A stretch of 63,306 nucleotides of DNA, filler included, from Basidiobolus ranarum (taxonomy: Eukaryota), in the NCBI GenBank assembly GCA_040143965.1. It is 31 parts of 31 records of this genome, joined end to end, with 100 filler letters (N's around TTAATTAATTAA, not from the genome) between each part and the next. Parts side by side here need not be neighbours in the genome. Positions count along the whole stretch, not along the records: positions 24,606 to 26,551 come from JASJQH010010911.1; positions 26,652 to 28,597 come from JASJQH010010912.1; positions 28,698 to 30,643 come from JASJQH010010913.1; positions 30,744 to 32,688 come from JASJQH010010914.1; positions 32,789 to 34,733 come from JASJQH010010915.1; positions 34,834 to 36,778 come from JASJQH010010916.1; positions 36,879 to 38,823 come from JASJQH010010917.1; 24 more parts are not named here. One strand, written 5' to 3'. Every line of letters begins with the position of its first letter. Position 1 is the stretch's first letter. The notes beneath the pieces are model-generated. The model worked only from the letters and a program-made list of their open reading frames with translations. It made no database searches and was not told the DNA's origin. Position numbers and translations under genes: made by a program. Below, piece after piece: positions 25,735-38,305 of this stretch.

Positions 25735-26551
25735 GTTATTGCTTCTCTAACCACAGTTGAAGCTTCATCTCTTTCAACTGGCCATTGCCGTAGTTGCATT
25801 CCAGTACATGTTGGAGCAAGTCATATACCTTGAGGTTTGCATTCGGCAGTTCTTGCCTCTTCAACCATGGTAGAAGCATCATCTCTTTTGACTGGCTGCT
25901 GTGACCTCTGTTGCAAGGCAGAATGCATCAGAGCATATTATCTACCTTGGGGTTTGTTTTCAACTGTTGTGGCTTATTCAAGCTCAGTAAAAACTTCACT
26001 GTCTCTCTCAAACACCCATTGTCTTGGTCTCATGGGGGTACGCGTAGTAGCGGATTGCTGTCTTAGTAGATTGCTCTCAGGTGTCAGATCTTTATCCAAC
26101 AAAGTGGAAGGTTCAAAAATTCTGGTGGTTGGCCTTTGTTGCTGTCGTGCAGTTGTAATTGTGAAACTGGTATTTCTTTCTGGTGGCATTCTCCTTGAAG
26201 CTGACTCTTTGCCAGATGTAAAAAGCTCACTGGTTGGTTTGGTTGAATCAGGTAAATCACGTGCTACAATGCGTGAAAATGCGGGCCATCCTCTTTCTGG
26301 TTCTTCATTGACTGCTTGCTCTTCATCAAAAACGGGAGAAACATCATGGACTCTTCCAAGCTGGCATTGCTGTTGATGTGTACTACTAGCTGATGAACCA
26401 ACTTGTTGGGCTCTTGCCCTTGTTGGAGGTGTTACCTCAATTCTAGTGGTGAGTTGTGTAGATTCTTCTTGTGAAATAGATACCTTGTCAGGAGTCTCTT
26501 TGATTTGGAGTGATCTAGTACATCTCTGCAACGGTCTAGACTGCTCCAATT
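25735..26551 (-). pseudogene. S/T/Q/E-rich protein with degenerate ~38-40 aa repeats, interrupted by stops
   Basis: 191-aa ORF continues in frame past stops with related blocks RQWVFERDSE / QQPVKRDDAS / RQWPVERDEAS. Confidence 0.45.
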
Positions 26552-26652
26552 NNNNNNNNNNNNNNNNNNNNNNNNNNNNNNNNNNNNNNNNNNNNTTAAT
26601 TAATTAANNNNNNNNNNNNNNNNNNNNNNNNNNNNNNNNNNNNNNNNNNNNA

Positions 26653-26943
26653 GATCTCATCTCTCATCGTATTCAACCGCGCCGAGCATCGATTCAAGAA
26701 GCAGAAGCCAAAGAAGCATCTCAGAATAATCATGAGAATGGCAATATGCAGCAACCTTCTTCATCACAGGAACCTATCTTGGTTCAGAAAGTGAAGTCAC
26801 TATTTCCCCAGCCATTAGTAGAAGAAGATGGCTCCCCAAGATATAAAATTGATGATACTTGGGGTTATCAACATGGCAGCTCCAATATCGGTTATGACCC
26901 TATCAATCATCCTTCTCAAGCAATGGCCAAACATTCGAAGTGA
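26653..26943 (+). CDS. 3' end of a hypothetical host gene
   Basis: Open from the contig start for 96 codons; CpG retained; no family recognised. Confidence 0.5.
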   Translation, partial: DLISHRIQPRRASIQEAEAKEASQNNHENGNMQQPSSSQEPILVQKVKSLFPQPLVEEDGSPRYKIDDTWGYQHGSSNIGYDPINHPSQAMAKHSK

Positions 26944-27919
26944 AGAATATTCCTCCTTCACCAATGGTCATATGTTGTCAATAAAGTATAGCCCTATTTT
27001 TGATTCACTCCATCCGTGCTTTAGGGTTGATGGCTTTTTCCGGTTTATTTCCATTTCCATGCACCAGTGAGTGTATTATAGATGGAGTAGTTGCAAGTTC
27101 AATAATGTGATACATGGCAATCAAGTGAAAGTGAAGCTATTATGAGCTCTGATACTATAATTGTGACCAGCAGGGTATCATTTAAGCTCCATTATATATA
27201 TGTGAACTGGAATCCAAAACACTTACTTAAAAATGCCTAAAATTTCAGTTTCTTCACCTTTTCCCATATACACAAGTATGCCTCCAAGAGTAATCAAGTC
27301 TACTTAATTATTAGTTTACTCTATTAGCATAATTCAGACTAAATGAACTGACAAATCAAACACAATGTATGCAACTGGTTCAATCCTATATTGCTGCCTA
27401 CCTCATGCGCTCATATTATTCCGTGGATTCCGTTATCTCAACTATTGGAAGCAAGAAACTTTCTTAATTGTGATTTGTCTACATTGGATGCTTATTTGTA
27501 TACAATAACAGCTAGAAATACCAAGATATGAATGACATACAACTAAGCTCTCATTCTCCTTGGTGCTCAAAACCACTGATCGTTAAAAACCATGTGTATG
27601 TCAAAGTTAATAAACAAAAAATAGAGAGTGGTAGGAAGAGTTTTAAACAGATTTAATCATGCCATATCACAACGTTTGTGAGATCTGGCTAAAAGTGAAG
27701 ATATGAGGTTGATTCCAAAAAGGCTAGATACACGAGCCTTTGATGCATACTAAACATAATAAGGAGTCATTTTGACAGTTATCTTTACAGTCTCAATAGC
27801 CCAAGCTTTGAGAATATGTAAAATCACAGTAGGAGTGGTCCCAATGCAAATATTCAGCAGGAAAAGTCAGTGAAATAGTGGAACGTCTCCTTAATGCAAA
27901 ATAATTTCCTCCCTGAAAG

Positions 27920-28252
27920 TGTTGAAGTATTTTGGGAGTTTGTTCGAAGTGGTTTGGAGAGTTAGAAAGAATCGATGGTTTTCACTTATTGATTTATTAA
28001 GTGAAAAGTTGATATTCGTACTTTTGTCAAAAGGTAAACAAACGAACATGTAGAATGTGTTAATGAAAGTCCCAGGAACATATGCACAAAGTTTGGGGCC
28101 TCTAGAACAAGGTATCAAAATCTATATATCTTCAAACTTTTAAGTGAATTCCGATTGAGAATAGTAGTACGTATTACTTTGTGAAATATGGAACAACTAA
28201 ATACTAAGCTATATATGACTCTATAGATGTTTAGGCGATGTTGTTTTCAGCA
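27920..28252 (-). mobile_element. Solo copia LTR family C with 5-bp TSD GAAAG
   Basis: TG...CA ends; GAAAG at 27915-27919 and 28253-28257. Confidence 0.9.
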
Positions 28253-28697
28253 GAAAGCACCAGGTATGTCACATTAGAAATCGAACAGTTTCAGACTTAC
28301 CACCACAAAACTAGCTAAATATCTTCCAAGCAGCTAAGCACGGGTGGGAAAAGATAAAGAAAGCAAAACTTTGTGAATATACATCCTGCCATGTCTACAT
28401 AGATTATTTAACACAGTACTCTTACCCTAACATATTCCAATAACAAGTAATAACAATATCCAATAAGCAATTCTGGAGATATTTAAATTATACCCATGTG
28501 CTAATTCACTCTGATAGATGCTCTGTGCACAAACTCAGGCTGGTCTTTATTTCCGTGAGTAAATGCAAATTATAATCAATATAGATTTATATTCAGANNN
28601 NNNNNNNNNNNNNNNNNNNNNNNNNNNNNNNNNNNNNNNNNTTAATTAATTAANNNNNNNNNNNNNNNNNNNNNNNNNNNNNNNNNNNNNNNNNNNN

Positions 28698-28986
28698 CTA
28701 AGTAAATTCCTCATGAGAATAATGGACAATATCTTAGTTCATTATAAGATAACTAAGTACTAAGCTATATATGACTATATAGGTGTTTAGGCAATGCTAA
28801 TTTCAACACCAGAAACATGTGTACAAGCTTTGGGGCCTCTAGGACGGGTTTGAAAAATATATATATCTGAGAACTTCTAAGCAAATCCCTCTTGAGAACA
28901 GTGAGTGATATCTTAGTTCAATATGGAATAACTAAATACTAAGCTATATATGACTATATAGACGTTTAGGTTATGTCAATTTCAAC
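28698..28986 (-). mobile_element. Two partial LTR-C copies
   Basis: Both end ...ATTTCAACA; homology to LTR-C. Confidence 0.75.
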
Positions 28987-30743
28987 AATTATAAGTTATA
29001 TAAACACTGCAATACTTTGCTTTGTGAAGATAATCTAACCAAGATCCTGCTCATGTTAAATAGCCACCACTTGGCAACCACAACTCCGATGCAGAGTAAC
29101 CGACTGCTTAATAACTTTCAGATACTTACAATCGGCTAGTCAGGTCAAACACAGATATCACTGGCTAGATTAACTTGCTGATTAGATATACCAAAACATA
29201 CCTTTCTACGCATCCAGTGCGCTGAATTTAAGAGATACTAAATAAATAGATGTTTTGTTGAGAACAAATACCACTTTTGTATATTCATGTACCATACTAC
29301 ATATGTCATGGAGCTATGTTTGGAAGCAAATACTAAATAGTATTCAAGGTGAGTATCCAAGATATGCTGGGATGCGTAGCGCATCCGCAATAGACATACT
29401 TTTAATATAAAATCAGCATTATTTCGCCTGGGGAGTAGTACATTGCTTCTGAGACATAAATGATCTGACATTGCTTATGTTCACGCTTGTGCTCTTATAC
29501 ACATCATGCATAAGCCTCCAATATGATTCCAATAGACAGTTGTTTGATAACAGCACTGCGAACCTGACCTTCAAACTGGGTACTGTGATCACTCTCGTTC
29601 GGTCTGAAGTTATATTGAAATATCATGAACTTTGCGTAATAATCCTCTAAATAGGTTCCATCACCCAATACATTGTAATCATTAAAGTGGAGGATATTAT
29701 CCTATAGTGAGCTTCAATCAACCACCTCATCATCTACAGCTCGAGTAAATCGACATCACATGACCTGAGTTTTCTATGTTGTATCATTAATGAAGTTCCC
29801 GCGGTACAGAATATAAGCCAAAGCCCTGTTACGGATTCACCCTTTCTGGTGCAGACACTACAACATTTAGAAACAATTAGTCCCAGCGATTCCATGGAGC
29901 AAGGTCTCTTAATTATTAGGGAATCCGAAGATTATTATCGTATCCCGAGTCTTGATACATCCAGTATTTGGTAAGAGACTGTCCCCGAATCTTTCATCGA
30001 TCACTGTGCAAATGAGATCTCTACCCAATGTAACACTCTGAGTAAGTGTTGGGCATGTTTACAGCTTGTTTGATCGTCAGTTAATACCTACTCTCAGGGT
30101 ACTTTCCGAGAGACACTGTCAAAGCAGGAGGCCTAGTTGTAAATAGTAAATACTCGTTACACTGTTGCTTGTTACAATTAAATTGTGATATATTAGTTTC
30201 TAGTCAGTTGCGAAGTTGACTTGGATTCTTACCAAAACTGGTTAATTTCCGTCCACATATATTACTCTAATTATATGCCTACAGTCGATAGAGTATTACA
30301 GACGTGAGGAGGAAGTATTGTACCAATCATGGTTGCCAATCAGAGTTCACCATATCAAAAATAGAGTGTTGCCTTTTATGCTGAATGTTAATTAGGTACT
30401 GAATACTTAATAAATCTATTATGGAGTTTTAAGAGTTAACATACCTCCTAATTACCCCATCTCATCCCACATCTGTTTCAGCATTTATCATTGAGCCTAA
30501 TTAGTACGAGTTATTCCTGCCTTTCTAAGTTCCACCTTTCAACAACCTAAAGTTTCTTCATCACCTTCATCATCAACCTCCTGTTCATTCCTATGTATAA
30601 TATCTCTGTACTATCAAATATCACCTTTAAGTAAATCCGATCANNNNNNNNNNNNNNNNNNNNNNNNNNNNNNNNNNNNNNNNNNNNTTAATTAATTAAN
30701 NNNNNNNNNNNNNNNNNNNNNNNNNNNNNNNNNNNNNNNNNNN

Positions 30744-30916
30744 AAACCTACTCTCTACTGTAACATAGCAACCCACTGCTATTCCCAAGACATATATCAG
30801 TTAGATCTGCTCTGCTGATATATCCTGCTTAAACAGTTCTAAGATTCTGCACTTGACTGTTTCTTTGGTTCAGTAAAGTTCAAGACTTTTTAACAACTTT
30901 TCTCTTGGACACAACA
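30744..30916 (+). mobile_element. LTR family G end
   Basis: Reverse complement of 51446-51615. Confidence 0.75.
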
Positions 30917-31385
30917 GGAAGAACTTAATACAGAGAGGCACAAGATCACAGGTTATCTGCCAGATAGCTGGAAGAATGTTGATTCAGCAACATTAATACA
31001 ATGGTGTGCTTTGATGGAGATATTGATACAAACTTGTGTTGGGTATGAGCCAAACCTTGGGTATGAAGAACTCTATAAAAATATTCAAGAGAATTTATCA
31101 AAGAGACTAGGGATTTTGAAAGTGACAAATTAGCATTCAAGTGGTAATTGTGTAAAATTTGAGTTACATTTTTTGCACATGTGTTGATCTATAGTTCTCT
31201 GAGATTGTAGCCAATCATGTGCAACTATTTTGCAAGATCTTGAAATTTCTCTCCTGAAACTGAAAAAATGGATTAAAATCAAATCTAACTTGACAATTTT
31301 ATGATGGTAAGTAAACAGTCAATCCCAAATGGATTAAAATTGTGATGGTTTTCCTACATTAACAATCCTCAAATTTCTGTTAGGG
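30917..31385 (+). mobile_element. CACTA-like accessory ORF end and terminus B (TIR 31373-31385)
   Basis: Ends ATTTCTGTTAGGG and abuts gypsy LTR-B. Confidence 0.8.
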
Positions 31386-32788
31386 TCTGATTAATGCCAG
31401 TTATCCATAAAGATTCTTGCCCAAGTATCATCCTTGTCCAGTCTTGTCTTCTCTTGTCTTGTGATCAACACCCAAGTACTCTCCTGCCTTCTAGCCTCTT
31501 GTCATTGTTTTCAGTCCCTGTCCAGTTCCTTATTGTGATAGTCAGAACCCTCCGATTATGTCCTTGGGATGTTCCCACTTCTCTGATCCTTCTTCTTGCT
31601 GGAGATTACTGCTCGGAGATCCTGAAGTCAGAAAATTGCTTCCTTTTTAGAACAAGCTGAGAATCCCTCCCTTGCCTACAAGGAATACTTGGTGGACCTT
31701 TGGCAGCAATGTTTTTGGAAAAACACTCCCTTTATGCTTAATGTTGATTCAGGTCTCATTGCAGTTATTTCCATTGTTGACAAACCATCTTTACCTTGAT
31801 TACCCCCTCCCACTCCACTTAATAGTGTCTTAGACTCTACCAACTTAACTTTCCTACTTTGCAACATTCATACCAATACTCCAGAACTTTACATCTTAAT
31901 TAAGAAACTACCAAAATAGGTATGGCTTCTTTGTTTTGTTCGAAATAAAGATTTTGCCTGTTAATGATTGTCTCCCCCCTAACCCAAGTCTACTCATGAT
32001 AAAATTACAATATTTGAAAGCTTTTAGAGTCTCAGGGAGGACATCTTCACTTTAGTTTCTCAGAGACTTGTAAATACATGAATTAGTAATAAATAAAAAA
32101 TATTTAATATCTGAGAAATTTCTCATAATTCATAAAAATTATAGAAGCTAAAAACAGCTATGTCATAATGTTGGAAATAGCTCAGAGATCTGACCTTTAG
32201 AAATTTTGGGCAAGCCCAATTCTTTCCATATACTAGTAACTTGAATATATTGTGACAGAAAGGTGTACATGGGGGATTGCATCCCCCAGACCCCCTCTTT
32301 TCATCCTTACCCTTACCAGAACATCTCTACCCTAACTGCACATATGATATGGCCATTAGGGCCATTATTGGTGGTGATGACGGTTCCTTTGAAGCAAAGG
32401 CCAGGAGTGTTAAAATCATACTTTCCTAGTTAGAGCTCACATGCTCCACTGTGCTTCAAATAGTGAGAAGAAACAGAAATGCGTGCATCAGTTATAATGT
32501 TTTACTAATTCTAGGCAGTTCAAAATATGAAGATTTTTCGAAGAGGTTGTTTGTGATGTCAAAATTATCGAGAATTTATGTAATGAATTGTTTCAAAAAA
32601 AGGAATGGTAATAATGTTGAAGGTTTATTCTGTCTCTTAAGTTTATTTTGGCCCATGTAAAGTCAAAAACTACTGAGGTTTTGGATAGNNNNNNNNNNNN
32701 NNNNNNNNNNNNNNNNNNNNNNNNNNNNNNNNTTAATTAATTAANNNNNNNNNNNNNNNNNNNNNNNNNNNNNNNNNNNNNNNNNNNN

Positions 32789-33284
32789 CCAAAAGTCCTT
32801 GTCTTCTAGCACCATTTGCATCTTGAACTTCCAAAGGTGAAAGTCTGCACCATCAAACTTCTCTGTGGATGCAAAAATGTTGGTAATAGTACTGGTAGAC
32901 ATTCCTTGAACAGCTAGCTTGGGGCTACTGACCTGATAAAAGTGTTTAGGAGATTTGGAAGTGTTTTGGGCAAGATTTGGATTTGTGAATTAGACACTTG
33001 GGTTTAATTGAATTGAACATGTCCTAAGTAGAGTTTACTAGAAAATAGGACTATTGGACATGCTCAGATCATGACAAATATACCTGTTGAGCATGGGTGA
33101 AATTTGAGGTGATTTGGAGAAGTTTTGAGAAAATAGTGAAAATTGGTAAGAGTGATCTCATTGATATTTCTATCAATTAGAGCAATAAACACATGTTTTC
33201 AAATGACAGAATTGAGTGCTAAATAAACGGAATATGAATAAACTAACTACTAAATAATTAGTAGCTATTGACCTAACTTCAACA
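32789..33284 (-). mobile_element. Copia 5' LTR family E (32934-33284), PBS-like site and gag start (ATG 32902)
   Basis: LTR matches 25383-25734; gag reads MSTSTITNIFASTEKFDGADFHLWKFKMQMVLEDKDFW. Confidence 0.88.
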
Positions 33285-34359
33285 GGATAGGGGTGTTAAC
33301 TTGATTTTTCAATAATAAAGCTTAATCCCACTACAAATCTCCAGCAGAGCTGAATTTTTTTATACTGGAATCTTAAAAATATCAATAGGAGATATATTCA
33401 TTATTCTATCTTTAAAGGGTAAAGAAACACTTTAGTATGTTAATAGCTTGAAGACTTTTATGAGAAAAGATTATATCTGATGAAAATGCTATCAAAAATT
33501 CTCAATACTACAAGGGTAGATAAAACTCTGAGGGTTTCTCTAACTTGAAGTCTGAAGAAAAAGATATTGTACTTTTGAGATTGGCAAAGACTTTGATTAA
33601 GAGTTGGATATATTCTATGGCTGTAAGAGTGAAGTTAACCATGAAAAAATCTGTACTGCAATCTTCAATAGTCAAGCCTAGTTGAGTTGCAATAAGAATC
33701 TTTATTATCTTACTATGATACAGGGTAGAATATCTGATTAAGGAAAGGATAAAGAATATGGAGCAGTTTTGGATGGTGCTATGGCTAGAAGCTTTCTCAA
33801 TAGGGGGAAGGGTTGCTTATATAAAAAAACAGCTTAGAATAAATGCTGTAAATTGGTGGCTGAGAATAAATGGTATGAGTGGGTGGCATAGCATTGAAGT
33901 GCCAACAAGATCACTAATATAGTTGCTACGGCTTTGAAACTTTAAGCACATCAGTATCAAGTACTGTTGCAGCTCTGTGCAAATTGTGAAGAGAATTCTT
34001 TTGCCAGTTCAAGAGTTAGCACCAGTTTTGTGAGCATCATGAGGTCCTGAATTGCTGTGTTCTAAGTATATGCTAGTGTTGATTTTTGTGTTGCCAATTT
34101 TGAAATGATTGTAGCTCCACTAATAATGGCTCAAATCTTATGATTTTTGCACGGTTGCTAAGCTCTAATTCTGCAGCTATTGATTGCAGCTTAAATTACT
34201 GTAATACAATAAGTTTTAATGTAACTATGAGTGATGATAGATCATTGTTGTGCTTTTTCTTGATCTGGAAAATATTATAAGATAGCAGTAGATAACTTTC
34301 TTCTTACTTATTACATGCAATATATGATTGAAATATTTCCAACACCACAATGTCAGTGA

Positions 34360-34733
34360 TCAACAAAGATTCTTGCAAAAGTATCTTCCCTGTCCAGTCT
34401 TATGTTGCCTTGTGGTCTACACCCAAGTACTCTCCTCCCTTCTGGCCTCTTGTCATTGTATCCAGTCCTTGTCCAGTTCCTTATTAAGACACTATGTCCC
34501 TCAGATGTAGCTTTACTCACTGATAACAAATTTTGCTATCCCAGGCACATATAGCACATTTCTCAATGTCAAATGCATGTCCCCAGAGATGCCCCCAAGA
34601 TCCACTTCAATTTCTCCCACTACCAGAGCTTCTAGTGGCTGGTCATCTCCCATATAAACCTTCTTGTTTATATCAGTTTTGAGTGTTTTAAACCAGTTTT
34701 TTTGATTAGAGAAATGTTGAGAGGCTCCAGAAT
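34360..34733. mobile_element. Gypsy LTR-B end next to a copia protease fragment (minus)
   Basis: LTR-B homology to 34492; minus strand SGASQHFSNQKNWF and NVLYVP motifs. Confidence 0.7.
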
Positions 34734-34833
34734 NNNNNNNNNNNNNNNNNNNNNNNNNNNNNNNNNNNNNNNNNNNNTTAATTAATTAANNNNNNNNNNN
34801 NNNNNNNNNNNNNNNNNNNNNNNNNNNNNNNNN

Positions 34834-36778
34834 TTGGATTGAACTCTCCACTCCTCAATAGTCAAAGCTGCTTCCTTTACTGTAAGTATTATGAGTGGAC
34901 TAATGTTTGCCAATAACAAAGAGTCTGTAACAAAACCGTCATCTTCTTCTTCAACTTCTTATATACTACCATTGGTACTGGAATAACCAAGGTCAACATC
35001 TAGCAGCAAGTCCTCAAAGTTGTCTGGACTAACTGGTTCAACCAAAGTTGCATTTTGACCTACATCATTCTGTTCATATAAATGTGGTAACTCCATGATA
35101 TCTTGCCTTTTGTCTGTATTACAAAAAACTTTGAGGCAAACTACAGTCAGTGGACTCAATGGGCAAAACTTAAGTTGATTTAGTGCACTTTTTACTGTTG
35201 TTATACACCAGGCTTTGTGCAGCTGGTGGCTTTGTATGGTGACCATGCTGTGATTAATTTTTCCATGAATCCTCTGGCTTTCATACTACAAACATTTGTG
35301 ACAATAATAGCAGGGCTTCCTTAAACGTTTGTGTTGTGGCATGAGAAGGATATTGTAGAAAAAAGAACACCTCCCACGCAAGGGTGGTATTTTAGGTAGA
35401 GCCCATCAGTAACATCAGCTGATTCCGAGATGATGTCACAGATGATTCATCAGGGGATTTACAAGATATTTCTGGTAATGGATGGCAATTTTGGTTTATT
35501 ATAAACTGTCTCTAAGCAAATTCATTTTACCAAGTTTACCATCTGAAAATTTCAATGCCATTCAAAAAGCATTCAAAATCAAAGTGAAAAACAGCTTCCA
35601 AGCCAAAGCCTGCTGGCACAAACGGAAAAGAACCAGCAAGAACACTGGACTTAATTGATGACCAGTCTAGTGATCCACTATCCCCTGTGGAAGGCATTAA
35701 CATGCTTGAAACTAACTCAAGTAATGATGAAGCATTAATCAATTTACCACATGTGTTCAGTTCCAGCAATAGTGCAGCTGAAGAGATTATAATCCCCCAA
35801 TTACATAGTAAATCAATAGTTGAGCAAAGTACAACCAAAACACCATCAAGACCATCAACTTCCAAAATGGCTACTTTACCCACTGTTGAACAACCCTCTG
35901 TAGAAAACTTGGATAAAATTATTACAACATGGGAATCAGAGGCAGAACACCATAATGAATTGTATGCAATCATAAGTAAAAACTATGAAGTTGCTCTACA
36001 GGCCATGACAAGCAATAACACCACAATATTGCAATTAATGCAGCACTTGGAAGCAACTAGTCAACAGTTAGAGAGTTACTCAACAATGATGCAAGACCTT
36101 TAGAATGCTGTACTTGAGCTACAGCAACATGCTGCTCACTCCATCCATTCTCATATGGGATTTCAATCAATCCCACACCATACATATGAATGTCACCGTG
36201 ACAATCTAGCAGAGCAGAATATGTGTTGGACCATTAAGCCTACATAACAGCCCAAAATTGCATGGGCACACAAAAGTAGAAATCTCATAGGAAAACTGGC
36301 AAACCAAAAGACTCTGAATGTCAGAGTTGCCATCACTTGCTCTGATGATGAGTGGTTTAACATTTTGGAAACTGTGCAGAATCTTGCCCAAAATCACCTG
36401 GATTTGAGCCAATTGTGGAAAAACCAAAAACCAGGCATTACTCTGAAGGTTATTGACATATTTCATGTCACTAATCCTGGGTTTTTGCAAGCAAATAGCA
36501 ATTGGGCTAGTATAGGCCTATTCATGAAACATCTCAAAATGTATGCAATTGTTGAAATAGAAAAGCAGCTAAAGAAGCACTAAAGGAGCAGGAAGTTAGT
36601 AAAATCAAGGGAAAAGCAAAGGAGCCAGTGAGTTTAGGCTCTACTGTCCCACTTACCAAATTCTTCACCACATTATAAAGATCTGCATTTCAGAGTCAGA
36701 TATACTCGCAAAAAAGCTTAATTTCACCATGGAACTGGGTACACCAGTTGGAAGAGTGCTAAATTTGGAAGCTTATCC
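34834..36778. mobile_element. CACTA-like central region: divergent ORFs 34834-35246(-) and 35555-36778(+)
   Basis: Reverse-complement homologue of 10500-12216. Confidence 0.75.
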
Positions 36779-36878
36779 NNNNNNNNNNNNNNNNNNNNNN
36801 NNNNNNNNNNNNNNNNNNNNNNTTAATTAATTAANNNNNNNNNNNNNNNNNNNNNNNNNNNNNNNNNNNNNNNNNNNN

Positions 36879-37339
36879 ATACTTTTCTGAAGGTAGATAT
36901 GATTACTAATGAGAATTTCCGGAAAGTTCCAGAGAATTCTATTGGTGGGGATCTGGGGTTATGATATCATCATAAATCATGAGATTAGTAATCCATGGAA
37001 TGTTCCGGAAGGTTGTAGAATAATCCAGAAAGTCATGGAATGTTCCGGCAAAATCAAGTTTTGATTGGTCAAAACTTAATCAATCATCAAATATTCCAAG
37101 AATCTTGTGGAATGTTCCGGAAGATTGTAGAATTTTCCAGAGATTAACAGGGCTAATGTGGGTTAATACTGATAAATTGGAAGTAATATGGGATAATACT
37201 AATATTGTGATTTGATTGGCTAGAAAATATGGGTAAGTCAAATAAGGATAATAAAATAGAAATTGTGCAATAGTAATGATATGAGCTTGGAGTGGAAATA
37301 AGTCAACCTGCCAGTGGGTAGCAATGCTACCCCACTACA
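36879..37339 (-). mobile_element. LTR family I 5' part
   Basis: TGTAGTGGGG start; repeated AATGTTCCGG motifs; homologous to 2315-2581. Confidence 0.6.
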
Positions 37340-38305
37340 CCGCCATCCAATCTACCTTGCCCTGCTGCCTTTGATAGTGGTACCTTCCTGAAGGACACCC
37401 ATAAGCAATTTATATCTAAGTTGGAGCATGCTCAATCTCAACATAAGAACTTTGCTGATAAGAAAAGAAAGCCCAACACAGATCTCAAGCCAGGAGATTA
37501 CATATGGCTAATCCAAAGAATTATCAAGACCACTAGACTTTGCAATAAACTTGATGATAAAAGACTAGGACCTTTTAAGGTAATTAAGCAAATCAATTCA
37601 GTAGCCTTCTGCCTTGTACTCCTGGATATTCTCAAAGTCCACAAAGTATTTCATGTCTCTCTCCTAGAGCCACATTCCAGAAACACCTTCTATGGCCAGT
37701 TCATTCCACCCACCACCAGCAATCCAAGTAGAAAAACACTCAGAATCTGAAGTTAGCAAGATTCTGGATTAAAGAATTTAGCAACTTATATCACAATATT
37801 TGGTGGAATGCAAGAAATACTTAACAAATGATCAATCATGAGAACCAGCAAAAATTCTATTCAAATCTAAAGAACTTTGCCAGGAGCTTCATGAAGCCTA
37901 CCCAGAAAAACCTGGCTCTATGATGTCTGGAAGTCATCACCAAAGGAGAGGATACTGTCATGATGCTGATCTTGGCATAATCATCCACTGCAAATGGAAT
38001 TCTTCTACTATTAGATTATGACATTGTATCTGCCATGCAATCCATTTTAGGCAATCTTGTGCTAGTTTAACCAGGGTATCTTATATGGAAGTCATCTTTA
38101 TTGCAATATTCCATGAAACCTAACAAAGCATAGCATCACACACATTTTATATTATCACCAAAACCTTACATGGAATGTCACCTGATCATCCTTACTTTAT
38201 CCTCATGCACATTGATCCTTGTAGTCCCCAACACCCCAACATTTGAGCTTAACACACCATAATTCCAATTTGGCATATTGTGTTTCAGCTTGCAATAGCT
38301 ATACA
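37340..38305 (+). mobile_element. Gypsy integrase C-terminus/chromodomain, PPT and 3' LTR (from 37956)
   Basis: KLDDKRLGPFKVI, VHKVFHVSLLEP; GGAGAGGATAC then TGTCATGA; homologous to 43012-43500. Confidence 0.88.

Noticed and set aside
25837-26376. 179-aa plus-strand ORF
   Set aside because: Antisense to the minus-strand repeat-protein frame; composition typical of a shadow ORF.
1017-31385. TTAGGG at many junctions as telomere healing or site-specific recombination
   Set aside because: Single hexamers that are the first bases of a 13-bp TIR shared by both ends of the CACTA-like element; no tandem telomeric array.
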